From Telmatocola sphagniphila (GTDB lineage Bacteria; Planctomycetota; Planctomycetia; Gemmatales; Gemmataceae), in NCBI RefSeq assembly GCF_018398935.1, contig NZ_CP074694.1:2580001-2612000 (forward strand): a stretch of DNA of 32,000 bases. Reading direction: 5' to 3'. The position numbers and the translations under genes are program-made. How positions within the stretch are numbered: the first letter of the stretch is position 1; every line of letters begins with the position of its first letter. Shown here in pieces: positions 1 to 8,251 of the stretch. A model generated the notes under the pieces. That model was not told where the DNA came from. It did not search any database and saw only the letters and a list, made by a program, of their open reading frames with translations.

Positions 1-544
1 CCATCAGCCAGACTATTCGGCGGTTTTCCGCCTGGCGATGGACAGCTTGCGTTTTTATTGGCGAAGCATCCGGGACAAATCCGAGGTTGGCCGTCTCATT
101 TCCTCTAGTCAATTCCTCCAGCATGCGCCGGGCTTCCCGATGCCTGCGGTTCGCCTTCATTATCTCTCGAATTTGTTTGGCATACATGGGATTCGCAAAA
201 CGAATTCCCGGAAGCCCCATAAATTGAACTTCCTCGTAAGCTATTAAGCATTCGACCCCATCAATTTTTACAGTATCGACCTCTCCTTCTGAACGAGTAG
301 AAGTGTAGATTCCTCTCGCAAAATCGGAACTGAGGCCCCAGGATTCCATCTCGGCTTCGATTTCGCGCTGCGAAAAGCCTTGATACATCCGAACCAGAAT
401 GTAGAGCCGAAGATCTTCGATTGCTGCGGGTTCCGCTTGACCAGCGGAGACGGTAGATTCCAGGTGATCGACCAATTCCTCAAAGTTACGCGCGGGAGGC
501 GCATGAAAGTCTTCTTCCCGCCATTCGGAATCAGAAGTCGACAA
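1..544 (-). CDS. hypothetical protein, N-terminal part (gene runs off the left edge)
   Basis: The minus-strand frame is open from the in-frame stop at 575-577 down to position 1. It is absent from the ORF track because it has no stop inside the window. Candidate starts are TTG 544-542 (purine-rich AGGTGAGAG just upstream) or ATG 388 or ATG 220. The translation reads ...STSDSEWREEDFHAPPARNFEELVDHLE...DLRLYILVRMYQGFSQREIEAEMESWGLSSDF...MGLPGIRFANPMYAKQIREIMKANRRHREARRMLEEL... The composition is protein-like but I recognise no family. Tracked ORFs 38-247(+) and 268-552(-) overlap it and look like shadow ORFs. Confidence 0.45.
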   Translation of the reverse strand, partial: MSTSDSEWREEDFHAPPARNFEELVDHLESTVSAGQAEPAAIEDLRLYILVRMYQGFSQREIEAEMESWGLSSDFARGIYTSTRSEGEVDTVKIDGVECLIAYEEVQFMGLPGIRFANPMYAKQIREIMKANRRHREARRMLEELTRGNETANLGFVPDASPIKTQAVHRQAENRRIVWLM

Positions 545-639
545 GCTCTCACCTGCCCTCAAAAGCCTGGACAACTACAGACAATCTTCTCCAACTACAG
601 CTTATATTAAATTCTCAGCCCATCTTCCGCTGAGGCAAA

Positions 640-2826
640 TTAGGATTTTTTACTGGATCGCCTTCTCCAGGCCAGGACTCCTCCGATCGCCGATCCCAGA
701 ACCAATAAACTTGCAGGTTCCGGCACCGGAGAAAAGGCGATCAGGACATCGTTGCCTCCGTATGTTGCGTTCGTACTGGAATTGCCGTAGTAGGTGATAT
801 AAGCCGTAAACGAATGGCCGGTGTTAGGATTGGTCAAACTGAAGAAGGAATCGTTCGGCAGACCGGAGAATGTTCCAGTAATTGAGTTGTTTGGTTGATT
901 TACCAGAATATAAAGTTTGTCGGTTACACTTGGATCGTAGCCCAAGGAGATATTCAACAGGGCATTTGCCAGATTGATTGCGTTTGAAGAACCCGTGATA
1001 GTGATGCGATCGTATTGGCTCCCTGAAGTATTGCCGTTGAGTTTCACATTGACCGTTGTTGAAACATTTAGCGTGAAATTGCCCGTGATTGTCAGATTAC
1101 CCGTCGTGCTGGAAGGACTTGTTTGTAGCAGATTATTCGTACCCGTGAATCCCACATTGCCGACAATCGTCCCGACCCCTTGAACAGTCCCCCCCGAAGT
1201 ATTTACGGCTCCGGTGAATGTACTATTGGCTCCTACTTCCAAGGTGCCATTGTTGGTGAAGGTTCCGCCGCTAACCGTGAAGTTCCGACTATTCGTAATC
1301 TTGAAGTTACCCGAACTCGCGGTCAAGGTGTTGATGGCTGCGAATACCGAATTACTACCATCCAGGGTGACCGATGTTCCGGCCCCCAGGGTAGAGATTG
1401 TTCGACCATTAAAATTCATTGTGGAGGAACCCTGAACGACGTAGCTTCCTCCCGTGAGGGTTCCGGATGCTAGATTTGTTAAGGTGGTGCCGGAAACCAG
1501 ATTGATCGTTCCGCCATTCGAGGCTACTAAGGTACCATTATTGGTGAATGATCCCGTAGGATTTATATTAATTTGCGAGCCAGAGTTGCTTGCCTGAATG
1601 AGGGCGGCACTCGTCAGATTCCCTGTGCCATTGAAATTGTAATAGTTCCCCACATTACCTGTCGTACTTGCTGACTGGATAATTACTACGTTGCCGCCCA
1701 GACTCGCATTCGTATTCCCTTCCACCGCCACATAACTGTTCGAACCCAACGTAATCGAAACATTGTCCACCACACCCGACTGACCTATCCCCAAACCCGC
1801 CGAGGAACCTATCGTCAAACTCGAACCTGAGGAAAAAGTGGAACCGTTCGTCAAACGGACATAATTGTTCGATCCTGACAAATTCAGCGTCCCTGAAATC
1901 GCGACACCACTCAACTGATTGTTGGAACTCGTCGACGCATTCAGACTTGACCCCCCCGAAGATGTAAACGTACCCCCGGATATCGTCCCGGCATTGAGCG
2001 TCAACGATCCCGTCGTTGCCGTCAACGCCAACGGGCCCCCCACCGTATTGTCCAACGTGCCCGTGATGTTGATCGTACCCCCCGCATTCAAACGAGTGAT
2101 ACCACCCAGATTCAAACCCGCCGTCGTAAACCTACCCCCCAAATTCAACACCCCATTCGAATCCACCATAAACTGACCGCTGTTCGACCACGTCGGACTC
2201 GTCGAACCCACGCCATTCCCGGTCGGATTGATGTTGATCGTGCCACCACCCGTCGTCGAGCCTGCCAATAATGTACCCGTGTTCGTGAACGTCCCCGTCG
2301 GGTTGATGTTGATCACCGAGCTCGTATTGATCGCCTGAATCTTGCCACCATTTGTCAGATTCCCCGTACCACTGAAGTTGTAGTTGTTCCCGACTTGACC
2401 CGTCGTATTCGCCGACTGCGAGATCAACACATTACTGCCCAGACTTGCATTCGTATTCCCTTCCACCGCCACATAACTGTTCGAACCCAACGTAATCGAA
2501 ACATTGTCCAGCACACTGGTCTGACCTATCCCCAAACCCGCCGAAGTACCTATCGTCACACTCGAACCCGAGGAAAAAGTGGAACCATTCGTCAAACGCA
2601 CGTAATTGTTCGATCCTGACAAATTCAACGTCCCTGAAATCGCGACGCCACTCAACTGATTGTTGGAACTCGTCGACGCATTCAGACTTGACCCCCCCGA
2701 AGATGTAAACGTACCCCCGGATATCGTCCCGGCATTGAGCGTCAACGATCCCGTCGTTGCCGTCAACGCCAACGGGCCCCCACCGTATTGTCCAACGTGC
2801 CCGTGATGTTGATCGTACCCCCGCAT
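640..2826 (-). CDS. repeat surface protein, C-terminal fragment (modules 4-5, unique beta-strand region, PEP-CTERM sorting signal)
   Basis: 728-aa ORF. The first ~15 residues (MRGYDQHHGHVGQYG) are an out-of-frame reading of INITGTLDNTV. It is in frame from GGPLALTATTGS onward and ends in VPEP + TM + RRRSSKKS. Confidence 0.8.
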   Translation of the reverse strand: MRGYDQHHGHVGQYGGGPLALTATTGSLTLNAGTISGGTFTSSGGSSLNASTSSNNQLSGVAISGTLNLSGSNNYVRLTNGSTFSSGSSVTIGTSAGLGIGQTSVLDNVSITLGSNSYVAVEGNTNASLGSNVLISQSANTTGQVGNNYNFSGTGNLTNGGKIQAINTSSVININPTGTFTNTGTLLAGSTTGGGTININPTGNGVGSTSPTWSNSGQFMVDSNGVLNLGGRFTTAGLNLGGITRLNAGGTINITGTLDNTVGGPLALTATTGSLTLNAGTISGGTFTSSGGSSLNASTSSNNQLSGVAISGTLNLSGSNNYVRLTNGSTFSSGSSLTIGSSAGLGIGQSGVVDNVSITLGSNSYVAVEGNTNASLGGNVVIIQSASTTGNVGNYYNFNGTGNLTSAALIQASNSGSQININPTGSFTNNGTLVASNGGTINLVSGTTLTNLASGTLTGGSYVVQGSSTMNFNGRTISTLGAGTSVTLDGSNSVFAAINTLTASSGNFKITNSRNFTVSGGTFTNNGTLEVGANSTFTGAVNTSGGTVQGVGTIVGNVGFTGTNNLLQTSPSSTTGNLTITGNFTLNVSTTVNVKLNGNTSGSQYDRITITGSSNAINLANALLNISLGYDPSVTDKLYILVNQPNNSITGTFSGLPNDSFFSLTNPNTGHSFTAYITYYGNSSTNATYGGNDVLIAFSPVPEPASLLVLGSAIGGVLAWRRRSSKKS

Positions 2827-4870
2827 TCAAACGAGTGATACCACCCAGATTCAAACCCGCTGTCGTAAACCTACCCCCAAATTCAACACCCCATTCGAAT
2901 CCACCATAAACTGACCGCTGTTCGACCACGTCGGACTCGTCGAACCCACGCCATTCCCGGTCGGATTGATGTTGATCGTGCCACCACCCGTCGTCGAGCC
3001 TGCCAATAATGTACCCGTGTTCGTGAACGTCCCCGTCGGGTTGATGTTGATCACCGAGCTCGTATTGATCGCCTGAATCTTGCCACCATTTGTCAGATTC
3101 CCCGTACCACTGAAGTTGTAGTTGTTCCCGACTTGACCCGTCGTATTCGCCGACTGCGAGATCAACACATTACTGCCCAGACTTGCATTCGTATTCCCTT
3201 CCACCGCCACATAACTGTTCGAACCCAACGTAATCGAAACATTGTCCAGCACACTGGTCTGACCTATCCCCAAACCCGCCGAAGTACCTATCGTCACACT
3301 CGAACCCGAGGAAAAAGTGGAACCATTCGTCAAACGCACGTAATTGTTCGATCCTGACAAATTCAACGTCCCTGAAATCGCGACGCCACTCAACTGATTG
3401 TTGGAACTCGTCGACGCATTCAGACTTGACCCCCCCGAAGATGTAAACGTACCCCCGGATATCGTCCCGGCATTGAGCGTCAACGATCCCGTCGTTGCCG
3501 TCAACGCCAACGGGCCCCCCACCGTATTGTCCAACGTGCCCGTGATGTTGATCGTACCCCCCGCATTCAAACGAGTGATACCACCCAGATTCAAACCCGC
3601 CGTCGTAAACCTACCCCCAAATTCAACACCCCATTCGAATCCACCATAAACTGACCGCTGTTCGACCACGTCGGACTCGTCGAACCCACGCCATTCCCGG
3701 TCGGATTGATGTTGATCGTGCCACCACCCGTCGTCGAGCCTGCCAATAATGTACCCGTGTTCGTGAACGTCCCCGTCGGGTTGATGTTGATCACCGAGCT
3801 CGTATTGATCGCCTGAATCTTGCCACCATTTGTCAGATTCCCCGTACCACTGAAGTTGTAGTTGTTCCCAACCTGACCCGTTGTACTCGCCGACTGCGAG
3901 ATCAACACATTACTGCCCAGACTCGCATTCGTATTCCCTTCCACCGCCACATAACTGTTCGAACCCAACGTAATCGAAACATTGTCCAGCACACCGGTCT
4001 GACCTATCCCCAAGCCCGCCGAGGAACCTATCGTCACACTCGAACCCGAGGAAAAAGTGGAACCATTCGTCAAACGCACGTAATTGTTCGATCCTGACAA
4101 ATTCAGCGTCCCCGAAATCGCGACACCACTCAACTGATTGTTGGAACTCGTCGACGCATTCAGACTTGACCCCCCCGAAGATGTAAACGTACCCCCGGAT
4201 ATCGTCCCGGCATTGAGCGTCAACGATCCCGTCGTTGCCGTCAACGCCAACGGGCCCCCCACCGTATTGTCCAACGTGCCCGTGATGTTGATCGTACCCC
4301 CCGCATTCAAACGAGTGATACCACCCAGATTCAAACCCGCTGTCGTAAACCTACCCCCCAAATTCAACACCCCATTCGAATCCACCATAAACTGACCGCT
4401 GTTCGACCACGTCGGACTCGTCGAACCCACGCCATTCCCGGTCGGATTGATGTTGATCGTGCCACCACCCCCTACTGAACCCGCCAACAACGTACCTGTG
4501 TTCGTGAACGTACCCGTCGGGTTGATGTTGATCACCGAGCTCGTATTGATCGCCTGAATCTTGCCACCATTTGTCAGATTCCCCGTACCACTGAAGTTGT
4601 AACTGTTCCCGACTTGACCCGTTGTACTCGCCGACTGCGAGATCAACACATTACTGCCCAGACTTGCATTCGTATTCCCTTCCACCGCCACATAACTGTT
4701 CGAACCCAACGTAATCGAAACATTGTCCACCACACTGGTCTGACCTATTCCCAAACCCGCCGAAGAACCTATCGTCACACTCGAACCCGAGGAAAAGGTG
4801 GTACCGTTCACAAGTCGAACATAACTGCTCGCTGTCGATAAATTCAACGCGCCCGAAATCGCAACACCAT
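1500..4870. repeat. intragenic tandem repeat, 741-bp (247-codon) unit, ~4.5 copies
   Basis: The landmark TCAACTGATT recurs at 1911, 2652, 3390 and 4130, with spacings of 741, 738 and 740 bp. The shortfalls equal the 3 and 1 homopolymer deletions. Copies between ~2160 and ~4400 are almost base-identical; the outer copies (1500-1700, 4800-4870) are diverged. The array boundaries are approximate. Confidence 0.9.
2851..3669 (-). CDS. repeat surface protein, middle fragment (module 3)
   Basis: 272-aa ORF. After about 17 out-of-frame residues it reads GGRFTTAGLNLGGITRLNAGGTINITGTLDNTVGGPLALTATTGS..., identical to the neighbouring modules. It ends the same way (NLG|VGLRQRV*) at the G5 tract 2874-2878. 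Confidence 0.6.
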   Translation of the reverse strand: MVEQRSVYGGFEWGVEFGGRFTTAGLNLGGITRLNAGGTINITGTLDNTVGGPLALTATTGSLTLNAGTISGGTFTSSGGSSLNASTSSNNQLSGVAISGTLNLSGSNNYVRLTNGSTFSSGSSVTIGTSAGLGIGQTSVLDNVSITLGSNSYVAVEGNTNASLGSNVLISQSANTTGQVGNNYNFSGTGNLTNGGKIQAINTSSVININPTGTFTNTGTLLAGSTTGGGTININPTGNGVGSTSPTWSNSGQFMVDSNGVLNLGVGLRQRV

Positions 4871-5342
4871 CGAGAGTATTCGATGAACTTGAATTAAATT
4901 GTAATTGCCCCGAACCACTGATAACCCAGGTACCGCCGCGAATTGTTGCCCCGTTCACGGAATAAGTACCGGCGGAAATCGTCGCATTCGTCGTCTGAAA
5001 TACAGAACCGGATGTTTGAGACAGCGTGGCGTAACTGGAACTGAGCGTAAATGAGTTCACCGTGTAACTGTTATCCATCGTCACGGTATAGGCAGTGTTT
5101 CCATTATTCCCATCAAGGTAGACGTTGTAGTTAGTGCCAGCTGGCACGCCATTGTTAGGAACCGCCCCGTTACTCCAGCTGGCCGCGGAGTTCCAGTCAC
5201 CTGTACCAGCGGACCAGTGAGCGTTCACCTGCGCGTTCGCCCGATTTTGCACGAGGAGGCAAATGGCCGCTACAGCGGGATAGGTGAAGCGACTGGCAAA
5301 AAAGCTTGAGTATTTACGAACAGACTTGGACGCTTGAGACAT
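3591..5342 (-). CDS. repeat surface protein, N-terminal fragment (signal peptide, unique N-domain, repeat modules 1-2)
   Basis: 583-aa ORF starting at ATG 5342. It has a signal peptide and then modules ending ...GQFMVDSNGVLNLG. At that point the frame is lost at the G5 tract 3614-3618, giving the out-of-frame tail VGLRRRV*. Confidence 0.8.
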   Translation of the reverse strand: MSQASKSVRKYSSFFASRFTYPAVAAICLLVQNRANAQVNAHWSAGTGDWNSAASWSNGAVPNNGVPAGTNYNVYLDGNNGNTAYTVTMDNSYTVNSFTLSSSYATLSQTSGSVFQTTNATISAGTYSVNGATIRGGTWVISGSGQLQFNSSSSNTLDGVAISGALNLSTASSYVRLVNGTTFSSGSSVTIGSSAGLGIGQTSVVDNVSITLGSNSYVAVEGNTNASLGSNVLISQSASTTGQVGNSYNFSGTGNLTNGGKIQAINTSSVININPTGTFTNTGTLLAGSVGGGGTININPTGNGVGSTSPTWSNSGQFMVDSNGVLNLGGRFTTAGLNLGGITRLNAGGTINITGTLDNTVGGPLALTATTGSLTLNAGTISGGTFTSSGGSSLNASTSSNNQLSGVAISGTLNLSGSNNYVRLTNGSTFSSGSSVTIGSSAGLGIGQTGVLDNVSITLGSNSYVAVEGNTNASLGSNVLISQSASTTGQVGNNYNFSGTGNLTNGGKIQAINTSSVININPTGTFTNTGTLLAGSTTGGGTININPTGNGVGSTSPTWSNSGQFMVDSNGVLNLGVGLRRRV

Positions 5343-5399
5343 GGATTAGGGCCTCTTAAATTGGGCATCCTACCCAGTTCAAACAATCATTAGCGATAG

Positions 5400-5427
5400 A
5401 TTATCTTCAACCGTGAACAGTTTGCAA
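5400..5427 (-). promoter_or_regulatory. possible sigma70-type promoter of the repeat surface protein gene
   Basis: On the minus strand: TTGCAA (5427-5422), a 16-nt spacer, then GATAAT (5405-5400), 58 nt upstream of ATG 5342. This is a consensus match only, and planctomycete promoters are poorly defined. Confidence 0.2.
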
Positions 5428-6010
5428 CTATATTCCACCTTGAAAATAAAGAAATGAAGAGTTTTGGCCGCGTCTCGTAAAAGAAAAGCCTTACAAAAAG
5501 CAAAAAAAAACGGGAATTAATAAATTAAATTATATAATATCACATATAATTATTTTTATCTTATTTAAAAATGCCGAACTGTGAACGCAAGATCGGCTAA
5601 CACTTGCCAAATGCACTTCAATCGAGTTGGCCGACCCACTGGGAGTTTGCACTCACGGGAGTTCGGCCACAAACTGATCTTCGAGAAGTTTTCCTGCCCC
5701 GCAAGCAGATACAGCTCGCAAAAAATTCCGGTATGTAGAGTGTTGAGCATGAGAAGCCACTTGAGCTACCTTCCTCCATAAATCCGCAAACGGCTATCGC
5801 CGAAATATTCGCTGTCCGGAAGATTTGCTCTCTTCAACGGCCCCGATTTCGTCCCAAATTATTTCTTTGAAACCCTCGCAAGTTCCAAAATGAAATTCGT
5901 TTTCATTACAATAATCAAGTTCGGAGATTCTCGTAAAACGATTGCGATTGGGCGTTTTACAAGCTTCTCCTGAACTTGAAACTCTCCGATTTACATCCTG
6001 AGGCTTGAAC

Positions 6011-7066
6011 ATGATTACGACTCTCCGACTATGGCCGAATGTTACTAATACAGCTTCCCGACGAAGCCCACACACCCACGCCCGATTGAATCTCGAAACC
6101 CTGGAATCTCGCGACGTCCCGGCGGCGATAACCGATAACGGGATAGCCATCGCCACCTATAACGGCCAAGTCGATTCCACTGCTAATCTCTACGATGCCC
6201 TGACTACCGCGGAACGAATTCCGACCGTTACCCCCTTCCCGGGCTATCGAGGCGCACTGGTTACCGCGGCGGGAGATGTGAATGGCGATGGCGTAACCGA
6301 CCTGATTGTGGCCGCGCAAAATTCGTCCGGTCATGTGAAAGTTTTCGACGGGAAAACCGGCGCCCTCCTTCAAAGCTTTCTGGCATTTCCCGGATTTATG
6401 GGAACTGTGAATCTCGGTACGGCCGACGTCAATGGCGATGGCGATCAGGACATTCTCATTTCCGCAAATGGTTGCAATGGGGCCGTCAAAGCCATCAGCG
6501 GACAAAATGGATCGACACTCGCCAGCTTCTTAGCTTTCCCCGGCTTCCTCGGCAATGTCTCGGTGAGTGGGGCAAACTTTGCGGGAGGCGCGGACGATCA
6601 GATTATCGTTGGGGCGGGTGGGGTCGGCATCAACGGACGAGTGGCAATCTTCAATGCCAACGGCACGGTTTATAACCCAGGCTTTTTTGCTTTCCCAGGT
6701 TTCAACGGGGCGATTTCCGTCGCAGGCGGCGATGTGAATGGCGATGGCATTTCAGACATCGTGGTTGGCGCTGGCCCCGGCGCCCCGGGAGGAGCTGTCA
6801 AAGCATTCAGTGGGAAAGACTTTTCCACTATCGATAGCTTCCTGCCCTATGTATCCACCGTCACCAACGGCGTAAATGTTCGGGTAGCCGATGGCAATGC
6901 CGACGGAGTGAGAGATATCTTTGTCTGGCTGCAAGGCGGCGGCTACGCCAGCCTCGTAGGGTTTAATGGCAAAACGGGCCAATTGCTCGCTCAGGGTGGC
7001 GGTGGTGAAGGCACCAACTCGGGTGGAGACTCGGGATCGTCCGGGGATTCGGGCGGCGGCTCTTGA
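6011..7066 (+). CDS. FG-GAP/VCBS-repeat (integrin-alpha-like beta-propeller) protein with Gly/Ser-rich C-terminal tail
   Basis: Repeated FP/AFPGF...G(D/A)(V/G)NGDG(V/I)xD(L/I)(I/V)V calcium-loop motifs: GDVNGDGVTDLIV, ADVNGDGDQDILI, GDVNGDGISDIVV, ADGNADGVRDIFV. The tracked ORF starts at TTG 6005; I prefer ATG 6011. The N-terminus carries LNLETLESRDVPA and has no hydrophobic signal peptide. Confidence 0.85.
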   Translation: MITTLRLWPNVTNTASRRSPHTHARLNLETLESRDVPAAITDNGIAIATYNGQVDSTANLYDALTTAERIPTVTPFPGYRGALVTAAGDVNGDGVTDLIVAAQNSSGHVKVFDGKTGALLQSFLAFPGFMGTVNLGTADVNGDGDQDILISANGCNGAVKAISGQNGSTLASFLAFPGFLGNVSVSGANFAGGADDQIIVGAGGVGINGRVAIFNANGTVYNPGFFAFPGFNGAISVAGGDVNGDGISDIVVGAGPGAPGGAVKAFSGKDFSTIDSFLPYVSTVTNGVNVRVADGNADGVRDIFVWLQGGGYASLVGFNGKTGQLLAQGGGGEGTNSGGDSGSSGDSGGGS

Positions 7067-7278
7067 TGCCTCGATCGTTTCGCTTCAATCCATCGCTTGT
7101 CGGGACCAAGCCGTCTCGGCGGGCGGCTGGGTTGCACGAGTGGCAGCAGATCGAGTTAGTGCTAACCTGAATCTCAGCAGCCGAGAATCATCGAGCTTTC
7201 AAAACAGCCCGGTCTTGCCGGTTGATTGTGTTTGAATAACCCAAGCAATTATAGCCTCGCTACCTCGATAGCTTGAAT

Positions 7279-8157
7279 TTACTTGTTAGCATTTCCCACC
7301 GGCTTGAACATGGTTCGAAAAGCAATCAAACAGGCCGGGTGAAAAATCGTGGCGTGCGTCTCGGACTTGAATTCCTGCGAATGCCAATCGAACCCTTTGG
7401 GGGCAGACTTACGGAGATTCTCTTTGAGCTCTTCTACCAAGGGCGCGAGGGAGGATTCTCCACTATTGGCGAAAAAAAGGTGTTTACCCGAGGGTAGTTT
7501 GGGAAGATATTCTACCCCAGATTTTTTGAGCATCTGTTGATCATTCCACCAAAGGCTGGGATCGAAGGCAATGTAGGTGTCGAACAGGTCCGGCTCCAGG
7601 AAAAGGGTTTCGATAACGAATAAACCCGCCAGCGACTCTCCGACAATCGCTTTTTCCGCAGTTGTTCGATACCGTTTTGACACCTCTGGCATCAGTTCCT
7701 CTCGAAGGAATCTCCGAAATTCCGCGGAGCCTCCAACATGGGGTGCAATCGTCTTATCCTTGGCATTCGCTGTCGGCCCCGTGAGATCCCTTCTCCGTTC
7801 CGTATTTTGGATGCCGACGAGAATGAAGGGACGCATCGTACCGTTGCCCGATCCGACTTGCACCAAACCCGCCACATGCAGAAAATCCTCCGCAAGTCCG
7901 CCATCGGGCATGTAAAGAACCGGCAGACGCATGTCTGTCGATTCAGAATAGCCGGGAGGAAAATAGACGTTGATGACTCGTTTTTCACTAAGAATCTGTG
8001 AGTTAATTGAAAATGTATCGCCTATTACCAGCCCGCCGGATTTAAATTCACTGACCAAAGCTTCGTTGGTCTGGATCGCCGTCCGGTAAGCAAAGCCCAT
8101 ACCGAAGCCAACGCCCCAAAAGAGCGCTATCCAGGACGCGATTCTCAAATTTCTCAT
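7279..8157 (-). CDS. alpha/beta hydrolase, putative esterase family (enterochelin-esterase-like)
   Basis: Nucleophile elbow GESLAG (GxSxG), N-terminal signal/TM (IASWIALFWGVGFGMGFA), and the pattern ...VYFPPGY...LPVLYMPDG... typical of the 'putative esterase' family. The tracked start at 8163 is TTG; ATG 8157 is preferred. Confidence 0.85.
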   Translation of the reverse strand: MRNLRIASWIALFWGVGFGMGFAYRTAIQTNEALVSEFKSGGLVIGDTFSINSQILSEKRVINVYFPPGYSESTDMRLPVLYMPDGGLAEDFLHVAGLVQVGSGNGTMRPFILVGIQNTERRRDLTGPTANAKDKTIAPHVGGSAEFRRFLREELMPEVSKRYRTTAEKAIVGESLAGLFVIETLFLEPDLFDTYIAFDPSLWWNDQQMLKKSGVEYLPKLPSGKHLFFANSGESSLAPLVEELKENLRKSAPKGFDWHSQEFKSETHATIFHPACLIAFRTMFKPVGNANK

Positions 8158-8251
8158 TCCCAATCTCTCCGTCCTACGAAACTATTACTCTTTTTCAGGA
8201 CAATTTATCGATAGGGAAACGGAGCTGACGAGCGATGGTTGCAAAAATTCT

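Larger units (their letters stand above)
640..5342 (-). pseudogene. one large PEP-CTERM-anchored beta-helix-like repeat surface protein (~1570 codons) interrupted by four 1-nt homopolymer frameshifts (true pseudogene, phase-variable gene or assembly error)
   Basis: ORF 3591-5342 has an N-terminal signal peptide (MSQASKSVRKYSSFFASRFTYPAVAAICLLVQNRANA|QV). The same 247-aa G/T/N/S-rich module runs through all three ORFs. The C-terminus VPEPASLLVLGSAIGGVLAWRRRSSKKS has the PEP motif, a hydrophobic helix and a basic tail. The ORFs join seamlessly if one G (coding strand) is restored at 3614-3618, 2874-2878, 2818-2822 and 2777-2781. These tracts are C5 on the + strand, while paralogous intact tracts are C6 (4354-4359, 2135-2140, 2078-2083, 2036-2041). 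Confidence 0.7.

Noticed and set aside
974-4841. Plus-strand ORFs inside the surface-protein gene (974-1183, 1180-1473, 1919-2176, 2395-2619, 3133-3357, 3398-3649, 4138-4395, 4614-4841), and the minus-strand ORF 2432-2929.
   Set aside because: The plus-strand ORFs are antisense shadows that recur with the 741-bp period and have low-complexity P/V/R-rich translations. ORF 2432-2929 is simply the intermediate frame visited between the homopolymer shifts.
5581-6156. Small ORFs in the adhesin/FG-GAP intergenic region (5565-5750, 5581-5781, 5794-6156).
   Set aside because: They overlap one another and have odd composition, no ribosome-binding sites and no motifs. ORF 5794-6156 overlaps the well-supported FG-GAP gene start.
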